Assembly: GCA_013239625.1 (NCBI GenBank)
Contig: MU054041.1
Location: 1-64,000, forward strand
Source: Lama guanicoe
Taxonomy: Eukaryota
DNA length: 64,000 nt
Direction of reading: 5' to 3'
In this document: positions 13,580 through 25,450 of the stretch, piece by piece
Layout: every line of letters starts with the position of its first letter
Numbering within the stretch: position 1 is the stretch's first letter
Notes under the pieces: model-generated
What the model saw: the letters and a program-made list of their open reading frames with translations, nothing else
What the model was told of the DNA's origin: nothing
Databases searched by the model: none
Position numbers and translations under genes: made by a program

Positions 13580-15860
13580 TCCAGTTTTAACAGTTTATGA
13601 ACATATAACTTACATAAATTCCACATATTTAAAGTATAAAATGTAAGTATTGGCATGTGTGCATATGCATGAAAACGTCACCATGATCAAGATGATGAAC
13701 ATATCTGTCACCCCAGAGTTTCCTCATAACCCTTCACAATCCCTCTCTCTTTCCTTCTCCAGAATCTTACCCTGCCAATCCTTAGGCAACTTCTGATTTT
13801 CTCTCTGTCACTATACATTATTTCACATTTCCTAGAAAATTACTTAAATAAAATCATACAATATATGCTCTTTTGTCCTGCTTCTTTCGATCAGCATAAT
13901 TTTCTTGAGATAGATCCATATTGCAGTTTGTATCAATAGTTCATTATTTTATTGCTGAGTAGTATTCTACACTATGGATATGCAACAGTTCGTTTATCCA
14001 TTCTTTTATTGGTAGACATGGGGCTGTAATCAGTTTTTGGCTATGAACATTCATATGAAGTTTTATAAGGATATATGCTTTTATTTTTTCTTACAATTTT
14101 TAGGTTTTCCACTTAAGCGCAAGATTTATTTTGAATTATCTTTTGAACATGGTGCCAGGCATAGATCAGATATTATGGGGTTTTCCTGCATATCCAATTT
14201 TGCATAAGCCATGTGTTTCAATAATGTTTTTTAAAAGACTATCCTTTTTCCACTGAATTGCCTTTCACCTTTGCTTAAAATCAGTTGATCCTAGATGTGT
14301 AACCTGATTCTGTTCCACTTGTTTGTTTGTTTGTTTACCAGCATCACACTGTTATACATATTGTAGCTTTATAATAAGTCTCGAAGGCGGGTAATTCTGG
14401 TTTCCTGTCTTTGTTATTAATTTCCGAAGTTGTTTCAGCTATGTGTACTTTGATTCCTATATTAGTTTTAGAATCAGTTTGAAAATTTCTGTCAAAATGT
14501 CTACTGATAATTTGAGTTAAATTGCACTGAATCTATAGATGAATCTGAGGATAATTTACATGTTAAAGTTACAGCATCTTCCAGTCGGTCAACATGTATA
14601 CCTCACCGTTTATTTAGGTTTGCTTTAATTTATTATAGCAATGTTTGTAATTTTTTGCATTCAGGTCTTTTATATCTTTTGTCAAAACAGAGTCCTAAAT
14701 ATCCCGTATTTTTTGTACTCTTGTAAATGGAATTATCCTTAATTTGAATTTTTGATCATTGCTGATAGAGATATAATTGGTTTTATGTGTTAATTCACAC
14801 AGTTTTGCCAAATTCACTTATTAATTCTAGTTTCTTCTTTTATAGATTCTAACAGATTTTCTAAATAATAATTATTTTGTCTGTGAAAAAAGACAGGTAT
14901 ACTTCTTAGTTTACAAGGTGGGTATTTTTTTAATCTAATAGCGCTGACAAGATCAGCCTGTACAACGTTGAGTGGAAGTAATAAGAACAGGTATTATTGG
15001 CTTGTTTCTATTTAGGGGGAAAATATTGCTTCCATCATTAAGTATGATGGTAACTGTAGGCTTTTTCACAGAAGCCTTTTAGCAGGTTAAGGAAGTTCCC
15101 CTCTGTTCTTACTTTGCTGAGAGTTTTTATTCTTGTTGTTGTTTTTGGTGTTTTTTTTAAATCAGGAATGGATTTTTTTTAACATACTTTTTCTGTGTAA
15201 ATTTACCTGATCATATGGTTTTCCTCTTGTAATCTGTTAATGTGTTTAATTACATAGATTCATTTTTGGACATCAAATCAAACCTACTTTTCTGGGATAA
15301 ACCACTTGCTCACGTTAAGGTATCCTTTCTGTATAATGTTGAGTTGAATTTGCTAAAATTTTGTTTAGGATTTATCCTTTATTATTCAAGAGAAATATTT
15401 TCTTGTATTACCTTCGTTTGGTTTGGCATCAGGATAACGTTGGCCTCACAGAATAAGCTGAAACTTATTCTCTCTTCAGTTTTCTTGAAGACTGTTGTAG
15501 AAACCATCTGTACCTAGAGTTTTCTTTGTGGAAAGATTTTTAAATACAAATAAGTTGTGTGATAGATATTAAGCTAAGTGGATGATCTGTTTCTTTTTTA
15601 GTGACTATAGGCAGTTCTTGTTTTGTGGGGCATTTAATTGATCACATCAGAGTTGTCAGATATATAGTCATGAAGTAGTTCTCAGTATCCACTTACTATC
15701 CTGTTAATAGCTATAGTATCTGCAGATCTGCAATGATATCTCCTCTCTGATTACTGATATTGGTAATTTGTATTTTGTCTATGTTTTTCCTAATCTGTTT
15801 GCCTAGATGTTATCAATTTTATTGATGTTCTCAAACCACCAGCTTTTGATTACATTCGTT
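13580..15860 (-). mobile_element. L1MB-type element, 3' UTR plus ORF2 remnant, with internal deletion near 14100
   Basis: 3' UTR antisense: ccatgatcaagatgatgaacatatctgtcacccc and attgctgagtagtattc. ORF2 antisense: attgcactgaatctatagat and aggttaaggaagttcccctctgttctt. Confidence 0.9.
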
Positions 15861-15869
15861 CTTTATACT

Positions 15870-16459
15870 CAAGCAGTCCCCTTTCCACCCAATGTTTTCT
15901 CTCTCTGTGGTTTTAAATATTTTCTGTATTTCATGTAAATGTAGTCATAAACTATATAGCCTTTTATGTCTTGCTTCTTTCACTTAGCATAACGTTTTCA
16001 GGGTTCATCTGTGTTGTAGCCTGTGTCAGTAATCCAGTCCTCTTCGTGGCTGCATAATATTACATTATATGGATAAACCATGTTTGATTTCCCTGTTCCT
16101 CCAGCAACAGACAGCTGGCTTCTTTCTACTTTTTGGCTGTTATGAATAGTGCTGCTGCTATCATTTGTATACAAGTACTTGTTTGAATGCCTAGTTTCAG
16201 TTCTTTTAGGTATATAGAGTAGAATTTCTGGGTCATAAATTTATTCCATGTTTAGCTGTCAGAGGAACTACTAACCTGCTTCCACAGGGGCTGCACCACT
16301 GTACATTTCTACCAGCAGTGTACAGAAGTTCAAATTCTCCATGTTCTTGTTAATACTTGTTATTATCCATTTCTTAAAATTATTATTATAGCCATGCTAG
16401 TGGGTGTGAGTAGTATTTCATTGTGGGTTTTTATTTGCATTTCCCAAATGACTAATGTT
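15870..16459 (-). mobile_element. Second L1MB-type 3' end, running into the gap
   Basis: gcttctttcacttagcataacgttttcagggttcatctgtgttgtagc; ggctgcaccactgtacatttctaccagcag; ttgcatttcccaaatgactaatg. Confidence 0.9.
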
Positions 16460-16902
16460 NNNNNNNNNNNNNNNNNNNNNNNNNNNNNNNNNNNNNNNNN
16501 NNNNNNNNNNNNNNNNNNNNNNNNNNNNNNNNNNNNNNNNNNNNNNNNNNNNNNNNNNNNNNNNNNNNNNNNNNNNNNNNNNNNNNNNNNNNNNNNNNNN
16601 NNNNNNNNNNNNNNNNNNNNNNNNNNNNNNNNNNNNNNNNNNNNNNNNNNNNNNNNNNNNNNNNNNNNNNNNNNNNNNNNNNNNNNNNNNNNNNNNNNNN
16701 NNNNNNNNNNNNNNNNNNNNNNNNNNNNNNNNNNNNNNNNNNNNNNNNNNNNNNNNNNNNNNNNNNNNNNNNNNNNNNNNNNNNNNNNNNNNNNNNNNNN
16801 NNNNNNNNNNNNNNNNNNNNNNNNNNNNNNNNNNNNNNNNNNNNNNNNNNNNNNNNNNNNNNNNNNNNNNNNNNNNNNNNNNNNNNNNNNNNNNNNNNNN
16901 NN
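16460..16902. other. Assembly gap (443 N)
   Basis: Run of N. Confidence 1.
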
Positions 16903-17046
16903 TATTTTTCTGATGTCTATGACAGTATCGACATGTCAGTTCTAGAAGGAAGCAGTTATGTTGTAGAATACTAAAGCTGAGACCAAGAGAAGACTAATAA
17001 AATGATATGCATTTATTTAGTATGTTAAATGTAAAGTGCTCATTCT

Positions 17047-17240
17047 GACAGGCATGTGTAGACTAGATCAACAAGACTATACTGTATAGCACAGGGAGAT
17101 ATATACAAGATATTGTGGTAGCTCACAGTGAAAAAAATGCAATGATGAATATATGTATGTTCATGTATAACTGAAAAATTGTGCTCTACACAGGAAACTG
17201 ACACAACATTGTAAACTGACTATAACTCAATTTTTAAAAA
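17047..17240 (+). mobile_element. Short 5'-truncated young L1 3' end (camelid-like) with candidate target-site duplication
   Basis: ctgtatagcacagggagatatatacaagat ... tgttcatgtataactgaa ... cacaacattgtaaactgactataactcaa is similar to the reverse complement of the L1 end at 22800-22950. Flanks aaagtgctcattct (17033-17046) and aaaatgctgattct (17238-17251) match at 12 of 14 bases. Confidence 0.9.
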
Positions 17241-17759
17241 ATGCTGATTCTTTGTAATCCAAAAATCCCACATTTAGAGACTCTGTAAAGAATATAAAAA
17301 CCCCAGTCCATATTGGCATTTATTGCAGTAATCTTTGGGGTATAACAATAAAAATATTGGTACTGCATGAATGATAGATATAATGGAAAAAAGTACATTA
17401 ATAAAACTAATACAGTATAATTTTCAGATAGAATTTATAGAACTGCATGTATTAAAATGGAAACACATCAAGAATTATTGACAAGTTAAAAAACATTTTG
17501 CACAGTTCTTCTCAGAAATTAAACTATCTAAAGTAAAAATCTTATGTCAAAAATATTTTGTGTCAAAACATTACAAAATTTTGGATAAGGGATAAAAACT
17601 TAATTTAAAGAAGTTAGTTGAGCTAACAGCTCCGTGGGAATCCAAACAAAGAGTGAGGTAAAATCAAAGTTAAGAAAGAGCTGGTGTCCAAAGGGATGTG
17701 ACACTCTTAGTAAACAAGAAACTGGAATTTTAGATATTGTACATATGTTGAGTCATCAG

Positions 17760-18220
17760 ACACTAAAAATGGCTAGATTATGTTTCCAGAAACTTCAGAT
17801 GTGATTAATACAGAACCTGTAAAATAACTTTATCAAAGTTTTTAAAATCTTGAAGAAAACTGAAAAGCTTAGAACAAAAAGTCATCAAGAAAAATAAAAA
17901 TAAAAACAGATATTAAGTAGTACAAAATAAATCTTTCCAAAATCAAAATAAAGGGAAAATAAGTGACCTGGAAGAAAAATGTGTGCATGTCATCCATAGT
18001 ATAATTCAGAGTTTAAAAGCATTAAAAATTTGAAGAAAAAAAATAAAAGATCTGAAGGACATTACAAATGAATTAACACTATCCAGGAAAAGGGAAAGAA
18101 AAAGATACCTCTGTAGGATAAAAAGTAAGACTGACAGCTGATGTAACTGAAATGATAGAAGCCAGAAGATAGTGAAAGGATATTACTAAAATAGTGAAAG
18201 AAAAAAACTACCAACCTGGA
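17760..18220 (+). mobile_element. Old L1/HAL1-like ORF1 remnant, probably continuing at about 20130-20480
   Basis: A-rich sequence with aagtgacctggaagaaa. The distal part has aatatttacaaagttaatagcagaaatgttacaagaatttttgaaagacatgaat, similar to the ORF1 IFEEIMAENFP region. Confidence 0.55.
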
Positions 18221-18299
18221 ATTCCTTGACAAGGACTCTGGCAAGAACCCTAAGAGAAAATTCTGATATACTAGTAGGGTATCTTTGAAGACTGGAAAA

Positions 18300-19545
18300 A
18301 CTGACTCCTCTGCTAAGTGAGTTAACAATCCCAGAAATAAAATACTAGGTAGCAGAGAAAGGAGTCAAAAAGTTGAGAGGCGTTTGGAGGGGTAAAACAG
18401 GTAGCCGGAAAACCAGCCGTCCAAGTATGTTCTGTAGAAAGCGCTGAAGAAAACTCTGCTTCCCAAAGCAGTAAGGGGTAATCTTGTGAGGTGGTACCAG
18501 TGTGATTCAGAAGCTGATTGATGGTTCTAGCTGCACGCCAAGGTTAACAGTGGGAGATGCTGGATACTGTTATCGAGGTGCCCTTGCCTCCAGTGGTAGG
18601 CGCTCAGAGTTACAGAGTTTAGATGGTATTACTTACACATCAGAATCCAGGTGGGTGTAATTATTATAATGGGCAGCACGGTCAGAGGGGCAGACACAGA
18701 CCTGTGACCTGCAGACAGCAATGGGGTTGGTTAATTGTACAAAGTGTTCCTGGGATCAAGATAGAGGTGCAGCTTCCAAGGATACTGCTAAATGCATGCA
18801 ATCGAAAGAAATCAGAGATGCATGACCAGAAAGCTGAGACAGTTCTCAGACCATTAAGTCCTTCACTAATGGGAGGACATGTCCTGGTAAGGAAGGATCC
18901 TACAATTTGACAGTAAGTGTGCTCAACAGTAATCTCTCCAGTCATTCCCAGATGGGGCCTATTTACTTGAAGAGGTGGTAGATTTTATGTGCACCCTTAG
19001 CTAAGCCGCAGTACCCAGACATATGGTTAACGTTATTCTCAATAATAAGCCAATTGCCAGTTCCCTTAAATCAGTCTCTCTCTCGCTCTCTCTCTCTCGC
19101 TCTCTGTCCCCACCTTCCTCTCTCTCTCTCTCTCTCACACTCACTCACTTGTATTATGTGTCTCTGTTTCTCTGGAGTCTGGAGAACCCTAATATATTTA
19201 GGAAACTATTCGTTGGGAGAAGAGAGCACAATGTTTACTGAACATGAGTTCTGAATTGATATTCAAGGATCAAAAGTGCTACCGTGGCCATTCATTAGAA
19301 AGAGGAAAAATGTGTAGACAAGGTAACAAATAAAATCATGGGGTCAGGATCCGGCTCACAGTTGGTCTGCTAGGTCCATCCGCCTGACCAGTGATCACCT
19401 CCTCAGGCCCACGTCCTTGCCTGGTATGAACACACTTGGTAGTCGGCAGATCCTTCGCGTTGATTCCTTCAGCAGTGAGGTAAGAGACCTTGCAGTGGGA
19501 AGGGCCAGGCAAAACCTTCTGAAACTACTCTCCCTACCTTCTGCC
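18300..19545 (+). mobile_element. ERV-L internal remnant: gag C-terminus and protease, non-functional
   Basis: ORF 18623-18910 (GGCNYYNGQHGQ...QWGWLIVQSVP...GGHVLVRKDP) resembles ERV-L Gag (GGCNYRNGQQ...LWHWLINHGVP...GGRVPLRKDP). ORF 19417-19623 (GMNTLGSRQ...VRDLAVGRARQNLLKL) resembles the ERV-L protease end (GIDILSSWQ...VRAIMVGKAKWKPLEL). Confidence 0.88.
18971..19196 (+). mobile_element. Internally deleted MLT2B-like LTR with a (CT)n tract, nested in the ERV-L internal sequence
   Basis: MLT2 5' end (ttttatgtgcacccttagctaagccgcagtacccagacatatgg) is joined almost directly to the MLT2 3' end (tctgtttctctggag...gagaaccctaatata). Confidence 0.8.
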
Positions 19546-19574
19546 TATTGGCAAAACAATAGTGGGATCAGGGT

Positions 19575-20105
19575 AATGTTGGTGTTGGGAAATCCATACG
19601 TTTGTTCATCAAAAGACACGTGAATGAACATCCTCAGCAGCATTAGTCTTAAGAGCCCCAAACTGGACTCAATCCACATGGTCATCAACAGAAAGCCTGA
19701 TTCGCACATTACGGTATATACATACAATGGAATGCTGGAGATGTGTGTATATAATGCCCCTTGCATAATGGACTCCATGCAATACAGCAGGGGGAGTGAG
19801 TGCACCGTTACTCTGTGAACCAGCTTAGGTGACTCTCACTAACTCACTGTGTCAGAGAGCAAGTCATACTCAGTAAGGATCTACTATTGATGCCAATTGC
19901 ATGAATATCCAAAGCAGGCAAGGCTATGGTGCTAGAAGTGCACCGGTCACCGTGTCAGGGGTGAGACTAGCAGGGACATCGTAGGAGTTGGCAAACTGGT
20001 CGTGTTCTTTATACTGATCTACAGTGTAGAGAAGGGGTGCTTGTTTATGAAATGTACACAGTCACATACTTACCATTTGCTATGCTGCTTTATTTTAATA
20101 ATAAT
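19575..20105 (+). mobile_element. L1ME-type 3' end
   Basis: catcaaaagacacg ... agcagcattagtcttaagagccccaaactgg ... ggtatatacatacaatggaat ... aagcaggcaa ... ggtgctagaagt. Confidence 0.8.
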
Positions 20106-20969
20106 TTACGTACTGTTTTACAACAGAAATGCAGACGATAGGTGTTTTGTATCTGATAGGTATTATAGAAAGCATGAAGAAGGCAGAATAAAAGAAGTAA
20201 TATTTACAAAGTTAATAGCAGAAATGTTACAAGAATTTTTGAAAGACATGAATGCTTAGACTCAAGAAATGAATCCCCCGCTGGGTAGCACACATCAAAA
20301 GTTGTGTACAGAAACTTTTGAAGTGAAGCTTCAGGGAAATAAAAGACAAGGAGAAGACTTCTAAAAAATAAATCTCAAAGAATATACAGATTGCCAATGA
20401 AAACAATTGGGGATAAACAGGGTCATTAACCTCAACTCAACAATAAAATTTAAAGTGAAATAAAATACATATGCCAAAAATTCTTTAAATTCTGTGCTCT
20501 TTCCCCACTTCCCCTTCTTTCAGTGTCTAGCACTGAAAGGACTACCTCAACTTTCTTCATGTTCTAAAAAGTTGAATACTGTTTAAATCTATCTTGCTTT
20601 ATTTATTGAGCAGCAAATATGTGGCAGATGCTAGATAAGGCAAGTATTAATTAGAAATGGTCCTGTTTTTAAGGACTTCACCAGTTAACCGACCCAGGGT
20701 GATATATCAAGGTATAATTAGCATTAAGACTGAAAAGAGACCACAAAGAATGAAGTTAGGGGCAACTGTATAGCACCGAGTGACTAATTTAATAGCAACA
20801 GCGATCATTTCTGATGCCCAAGAGTGAAAGTCTGCAGGACAAAAGGACAAAGAAGGCAGGACGCTGGGTCCTTCCGCCATTCCTGTCTGTCTGCATCGCT
20901 GCACCTCGTGACATGGTGGCCAAGCCTCAACTGATAGCGCCCTGTTTAACTGGCCCAGTTCAACGCTGT

Positions 20970-21150
20970 AAAGTTTCAGCACTGGAAGGGACCTTAGAGA
21001 TCAGCTAGTCTTATTCTCTCATTGTACGATTTAGCCTAGAGATTAAAACATTGTTTCATAATTCCTTAATTTGTTGAGCAGTGACGCCCACAATAAACGC
21101 GAGTCATCTGACTGCTGGTCCTGTGCTTTATCAGCTGTGCCACCCTGTCT
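20970..21150 (-). mobile_element. MIR fragment
   Basis: ctggaagggaccttagagatcagctagtc ... ctcattgtacgat ... tctgactgctggtcctgtgcttt. Confidence 0.6.
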
Positions 21151-21229
21151 CTCATTCATACAGGATTTGTCCTATACCCACCCAAATTATTGCTAGAAAA
21201 AAGGAAAAATGGCCATTAACGATTTATCA

Positions 21230-21650
21230 GAAGTGAGAAATGAAAAATTTAGATGAACAAAAAATGTTAGCTGGTGGTAAGTAACATGGAGGAAAATAAG
21301 GAATGACAGGGAGATACTGAAGGAGTATTTTGCAGTCTTAAATAAAATCAATAGGTGAGATCTCACTTAGAAGGTAACGTTTAACAAGGACAAAAAATAA
21401 TATTAAAGGGACAAAGAAACTATGTGAATAATTAAAGAAAGAACATTCCAAGAAAAGAGGGTCAGACAGACCGAGGAGAAGGGCCTAAAGCAGGAGTATC
21501 TCTGGTGTGTCCTTGGAGCTTCCACAAAGCCAGAGGGTCTGGGTAAACTGGAAGAGGAATACTGGAAAATGAGGTGAGAGAATTAAAAGCACACTAGATC
21601 TCGTAGGAGCTTATAGACCAAAGTAAAGTTTCACTTTTTACTTAGATTTC
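21230..21650 (-). mobile_element. L2 fragment
   Basis: ctcacttagaaggtaacgttta; gaacattccaagaaaagaggg; gggcctaaagcaggagt; gaggtgagaga. Confidence 0.7.
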
Positions 21651-22779
21651 ACTGAGTAATGTTCATTGAGCACCCAGGTCCTAAGGTATGTTTTTGTAAA
21701 GAATTCTTTCTATTCTATATGCTATCAGAACTAAATTAGTTATAAGAAGACAAATTTAATATTATGTATTAAATTTTTAAAAGGAAACAGATTTTACTGT
21801 CTTTCTCTTTACCTAGACGTGAGTAAAGCATTCCGCAGCCAGAGTTGATAGGGAATCACTGTGCTGCCACAAGGAAAAATTTTGGTCCATAGCACTTAGA
21901 ACTGAATAAACATCATAGTCTGAGCAATATCTGTGCTTGAAAGGATCAGCCAGAAAACTCCACCATCTACGTTGGGGGAGTCTGCCAGTCAACAGCAAAC
22001 GCACACCAGGTAAGACTGCATGACTGAAGCTCAATGAAACGATGGACTATTTTTAGCTTAGCTCTTTTCTCCATTTAAAGAGGCATGACTGAGCTTTGTG
22101 TTTATGTTTTCAAAAAACGATGGCTAAATAGCACCAGCTAGAGCCAAGAATAGAGAAGGCATGTCCCTATGTGTTTCTGCCAGCAGCGCCTCTGCTATTC
22201 CTATCTTGGACCTGTTTCGAATAAATCCTGCCAAATATTCAGCGCTGTGCCAGACTAGATAGAGGCTCTCTTATGAACCATTGACCTTTCAGACCCAAGA
22301 TTACATCCATGAATGACTAGACCGCTAAGGCAATATCCCTCCGGTAGTATGGTGAGTGAAGACAAGTACTGTCATGTCTAGGAATCAACACACTGGAAGG
22401 AATTCAAAAAGTCATTCAGTTCAATCACAGTCTAATTTATATTTTAAAGACATTTTCCACATGAAGGAAAATATCACACTCGTATCAAATTTACTTGGCT
22501 ATTTTCTTTTGCTCTGTAAATAGTCATTTTGATTTCTCATAAATAAGAGAAACTTTTACTCTTGGTCAGGAAATTGTCATAGATTATCTTGTTAATTATG
22601 ATCTATTTCTCCCAATCCATCTGTATTGCACCGTTTGATTATTAGCACAAACTTACTTTCTAAAAGAGTCTCCTAAAATCATGGACTAATTCATCAATAT
22701 ATGACCTATTTTTTAGAAAATCACCAATAACATAGCTCATATTTAAATATGATGTAATTTTTAAAGAATGGTAACTTTT

Positions 22780-25450
22780 TTCATATATATATATATTTAA
22801 TTGAAGTATAGTCAGTTTACAATGTTCTGTCAATTTCTGGTGTACAGCACAATGCTTCAGTTATACATGAACATGCATGTATTCATTTTGATATTCTTTT
22901 CACCATGATACTTACTACAAGATATTGAATATGGTTCCCTGTGCTATACAGTATGAACTTGTTATTTATCTATTTTATATATATATTAGTTAATGTCTGA
23001 AAAAAAACTCTAACTCCCAATTTATCCCTTCCCACCCACTTCCCTCTCTGGTAACCATAAGTTTCCTATGTGAGTCTGTTTCTGTTTTGTAAATAAGTTT
23101 GTCTTTTTTTTGTTTAGATTCCACATATGAGTGATGTCATGTGGTATTTTTCTTTCTTTTTCTGGCTTACTTCACTTAGAATGACAATCTCCAGTTACAT
23201 CCATGTTGCTGCAAATGACATTATCTTATTGGTTTTTTTATGGCTAAGTAGCATTCCATTGTATAAGTATACCCTAGCTTCTTTATCCAGTCATCTGTCG
23301 ATGGACATTTAGGTTGTTTCCATGTCTTGGCTATTGTAAATAGTGCTGCTGTGAACATTGTGGTGCATGTATATTTTTGAATTAAGGTTCCCTCGGGATA
23401 TATCCCCAGCAGTGGGATTGTTGGATCATATGATAAGATTATTTGCAGTCTTTTGAGGAGTCCCCATACTGTTTTCTATAGTGGCTGCACCAAACTGCAT
23501 TCCCACCAGCAGTGTAGGATGGTTCCCTTTTCTTCACATCTTCTCCAGCAATTATCATTCATGGACTTTTAAATGATGGCCATTCTGACTGGTGTGAGGT
23601 GATACCTCATTGTAGTTTTGATTTGCATTTCTCTGGTAATTAGCAATATTGACTATTTTTTCATATGCCTATTGGCCATTTGTATGTCTTCATTGGAGAA
23701 TTGCTTGTTTAGGTCTTCTGCCCATTTTTGGATGAGGTTCTTTGTTTTGTTTTTTTTCTTAAGTTGTATGAGCTGTTTAGATATTCTGGAGATTAAGCAC
23801 TTGTTAGTCTCATCTTTTGCAAATATTCACTCCCACTCCATAAGTTATCTTATTGTTTTGCTTATGGTTTCCTTTGCTGTGCAAAAGCTTATGTTTAATT
23901 AGCTTCCATTTGTTTATTTTTGCTTTTATTTCTCTTGCCTGGGTAGACTGCCCTAGGAGAACATTGCTAAGATTTATGTCAGAGAATGTTTTGCCTGTTT
24001 TCTTCTAAGAGGTTTATAGTATCTTGTCTTATGTTTATGTAATTAAGCCATTTTGAGTTGATTTTTGTGTGTAGTGTGAGGGAGTGTTCTAACTTCATTG
24101 ATTTACATGCAGCTGTCCAGTTTTCCCAACACCATTTGCTGAAGAGACTGTCTTTACCTCATTGTATGTTCTTGCCTCTTTGGTCAAAGATTAATTGACC
24201 CTTGGTGTGTGGGTTTATTTCTGGGCTCTCTATTCTGTTCCATTGATCCATGTCGGTTTTTGTACTAATACCATGCTGTTTTGATTACTGTAGCTCTGTA
24301 GTATTGTCTGATGTTTGCAAGGGTTATTCCTCCAGCTTAATTCTTTTTTTCAGTATTGCTTTGGCAATTCTGGGTCTTATAATTATGATTGAATATACAT
24401 TTTTGGATTTTTTGTTCTAGTTCTGTGAAAAATGTCCTGGGTAATTTGATAGGGATCACATTAAATCTGTAGATTGCTTTGGTTAGTATGCCCATTTCAA
24501 CAATATTAATTCTTCCAATCCGAGGACATGGGGTATCTTTCCATTTCTTTAAGTCATCTTTAATTTCTTTAGTCAATGTTTTGTAGTATAAATCTTTCCC
24601 TTCCTTGGTCAGATTTATTCTGAAGTATTTTATATTTTTGGATGCAGTTTTAAAAGGGATTGCTTCTTTACTTTCCTTTTCTGATATTTCAATTTTAGTG
24701 TAAAGAAATGCCACTGATTTCTGTATATTAACCTTGTATCCTGCTACCTTGCCGAATTATTTTATTAGCTCTAGTAGTTTTTGTGTAGGGCCTTTGGGGT
24801 TTCACATATACAGTATCATATCATCCACATACAATGACAATTTTGCCTCTTTCTCCTGATTTGGATCCCTTTTATTTCTTTTGCTTGTCTAACTGCTATG
24901 GCTAGGACTTCCAATACTATATTAGACAGAAGAAGTGAGAGCGGCATCCTTGTCTTCTCCCAGGTTTCAGCAGACAGGCTTTCAGCTTCTCACTGCTGTG
25001 TGTCCTGCTGGCTGTGCGTCTGTCATACAGAGCTTTTATTATGTTGAGACATGTCCCCTCTCTACCCACTACTCTTAGAGTTCTTATCATAAATGGATGT
25101 TGAATTTTATCAAAGGCTTTTTCTGCATCTGTTGAGATGATCATGTGATTTTTGTCCTTTCTCTTGTTGGTGTGATACATCACGTTGATTGCCTTGTGTA
25201 TGCTGAACCATCCTTGTGTCCCTGGGATGAACCCGACTTGATCATGGTGTATAATCTTTTTTTATGTATTGGATTCTATTTGCTAATGTTTTGTTGAGGG
25301 CTTTGCATCAGTGTTCATCAACGATACTGGCCTATAATTTTTTTTTTCCAGTAGTGCCTTTGGCTTTGGTATCAGGGTGATGGTGGCTTCATAGAATGAG
25401 TTTGGGAGTATTCCTTCCTCTTCAGTCTTTTAGAAGAGTTTAAGAAGGAT
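22780..25450 (-). mobile_element. Young 5'-truncated L1 (about 2.7 kb) with 3' UTR and frameshifted ORF2 RT/C-terminal region
   Basis: ORF fragments [22 protein letters not shown] (24917-25183) and [26 protein letters not shown] (24337-24714) are canonical L1 ORF2p motifs. 3' end is ttaattgaagtatagtcagtttacaatgtt. No clear TSD found. Confidence 0.97.

Noticed and set aside
11962..16945. Long ORFs at 11962-12417, 11971-12411, 16394-16945 and 16455-16913
   Set aside because: Artefacts of translating through N-gaps.
18623..18910. Possible domesticated gag gene (Fv1-like)
   Set aside because: Only a short open fragment; the surrounding ERV-L sequence is frameshifted and interrupted by an LTR.
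21810..22260. Possible additional LTR
   Set aside because: Composition is LTR-like, but I could not identify termini or a family.
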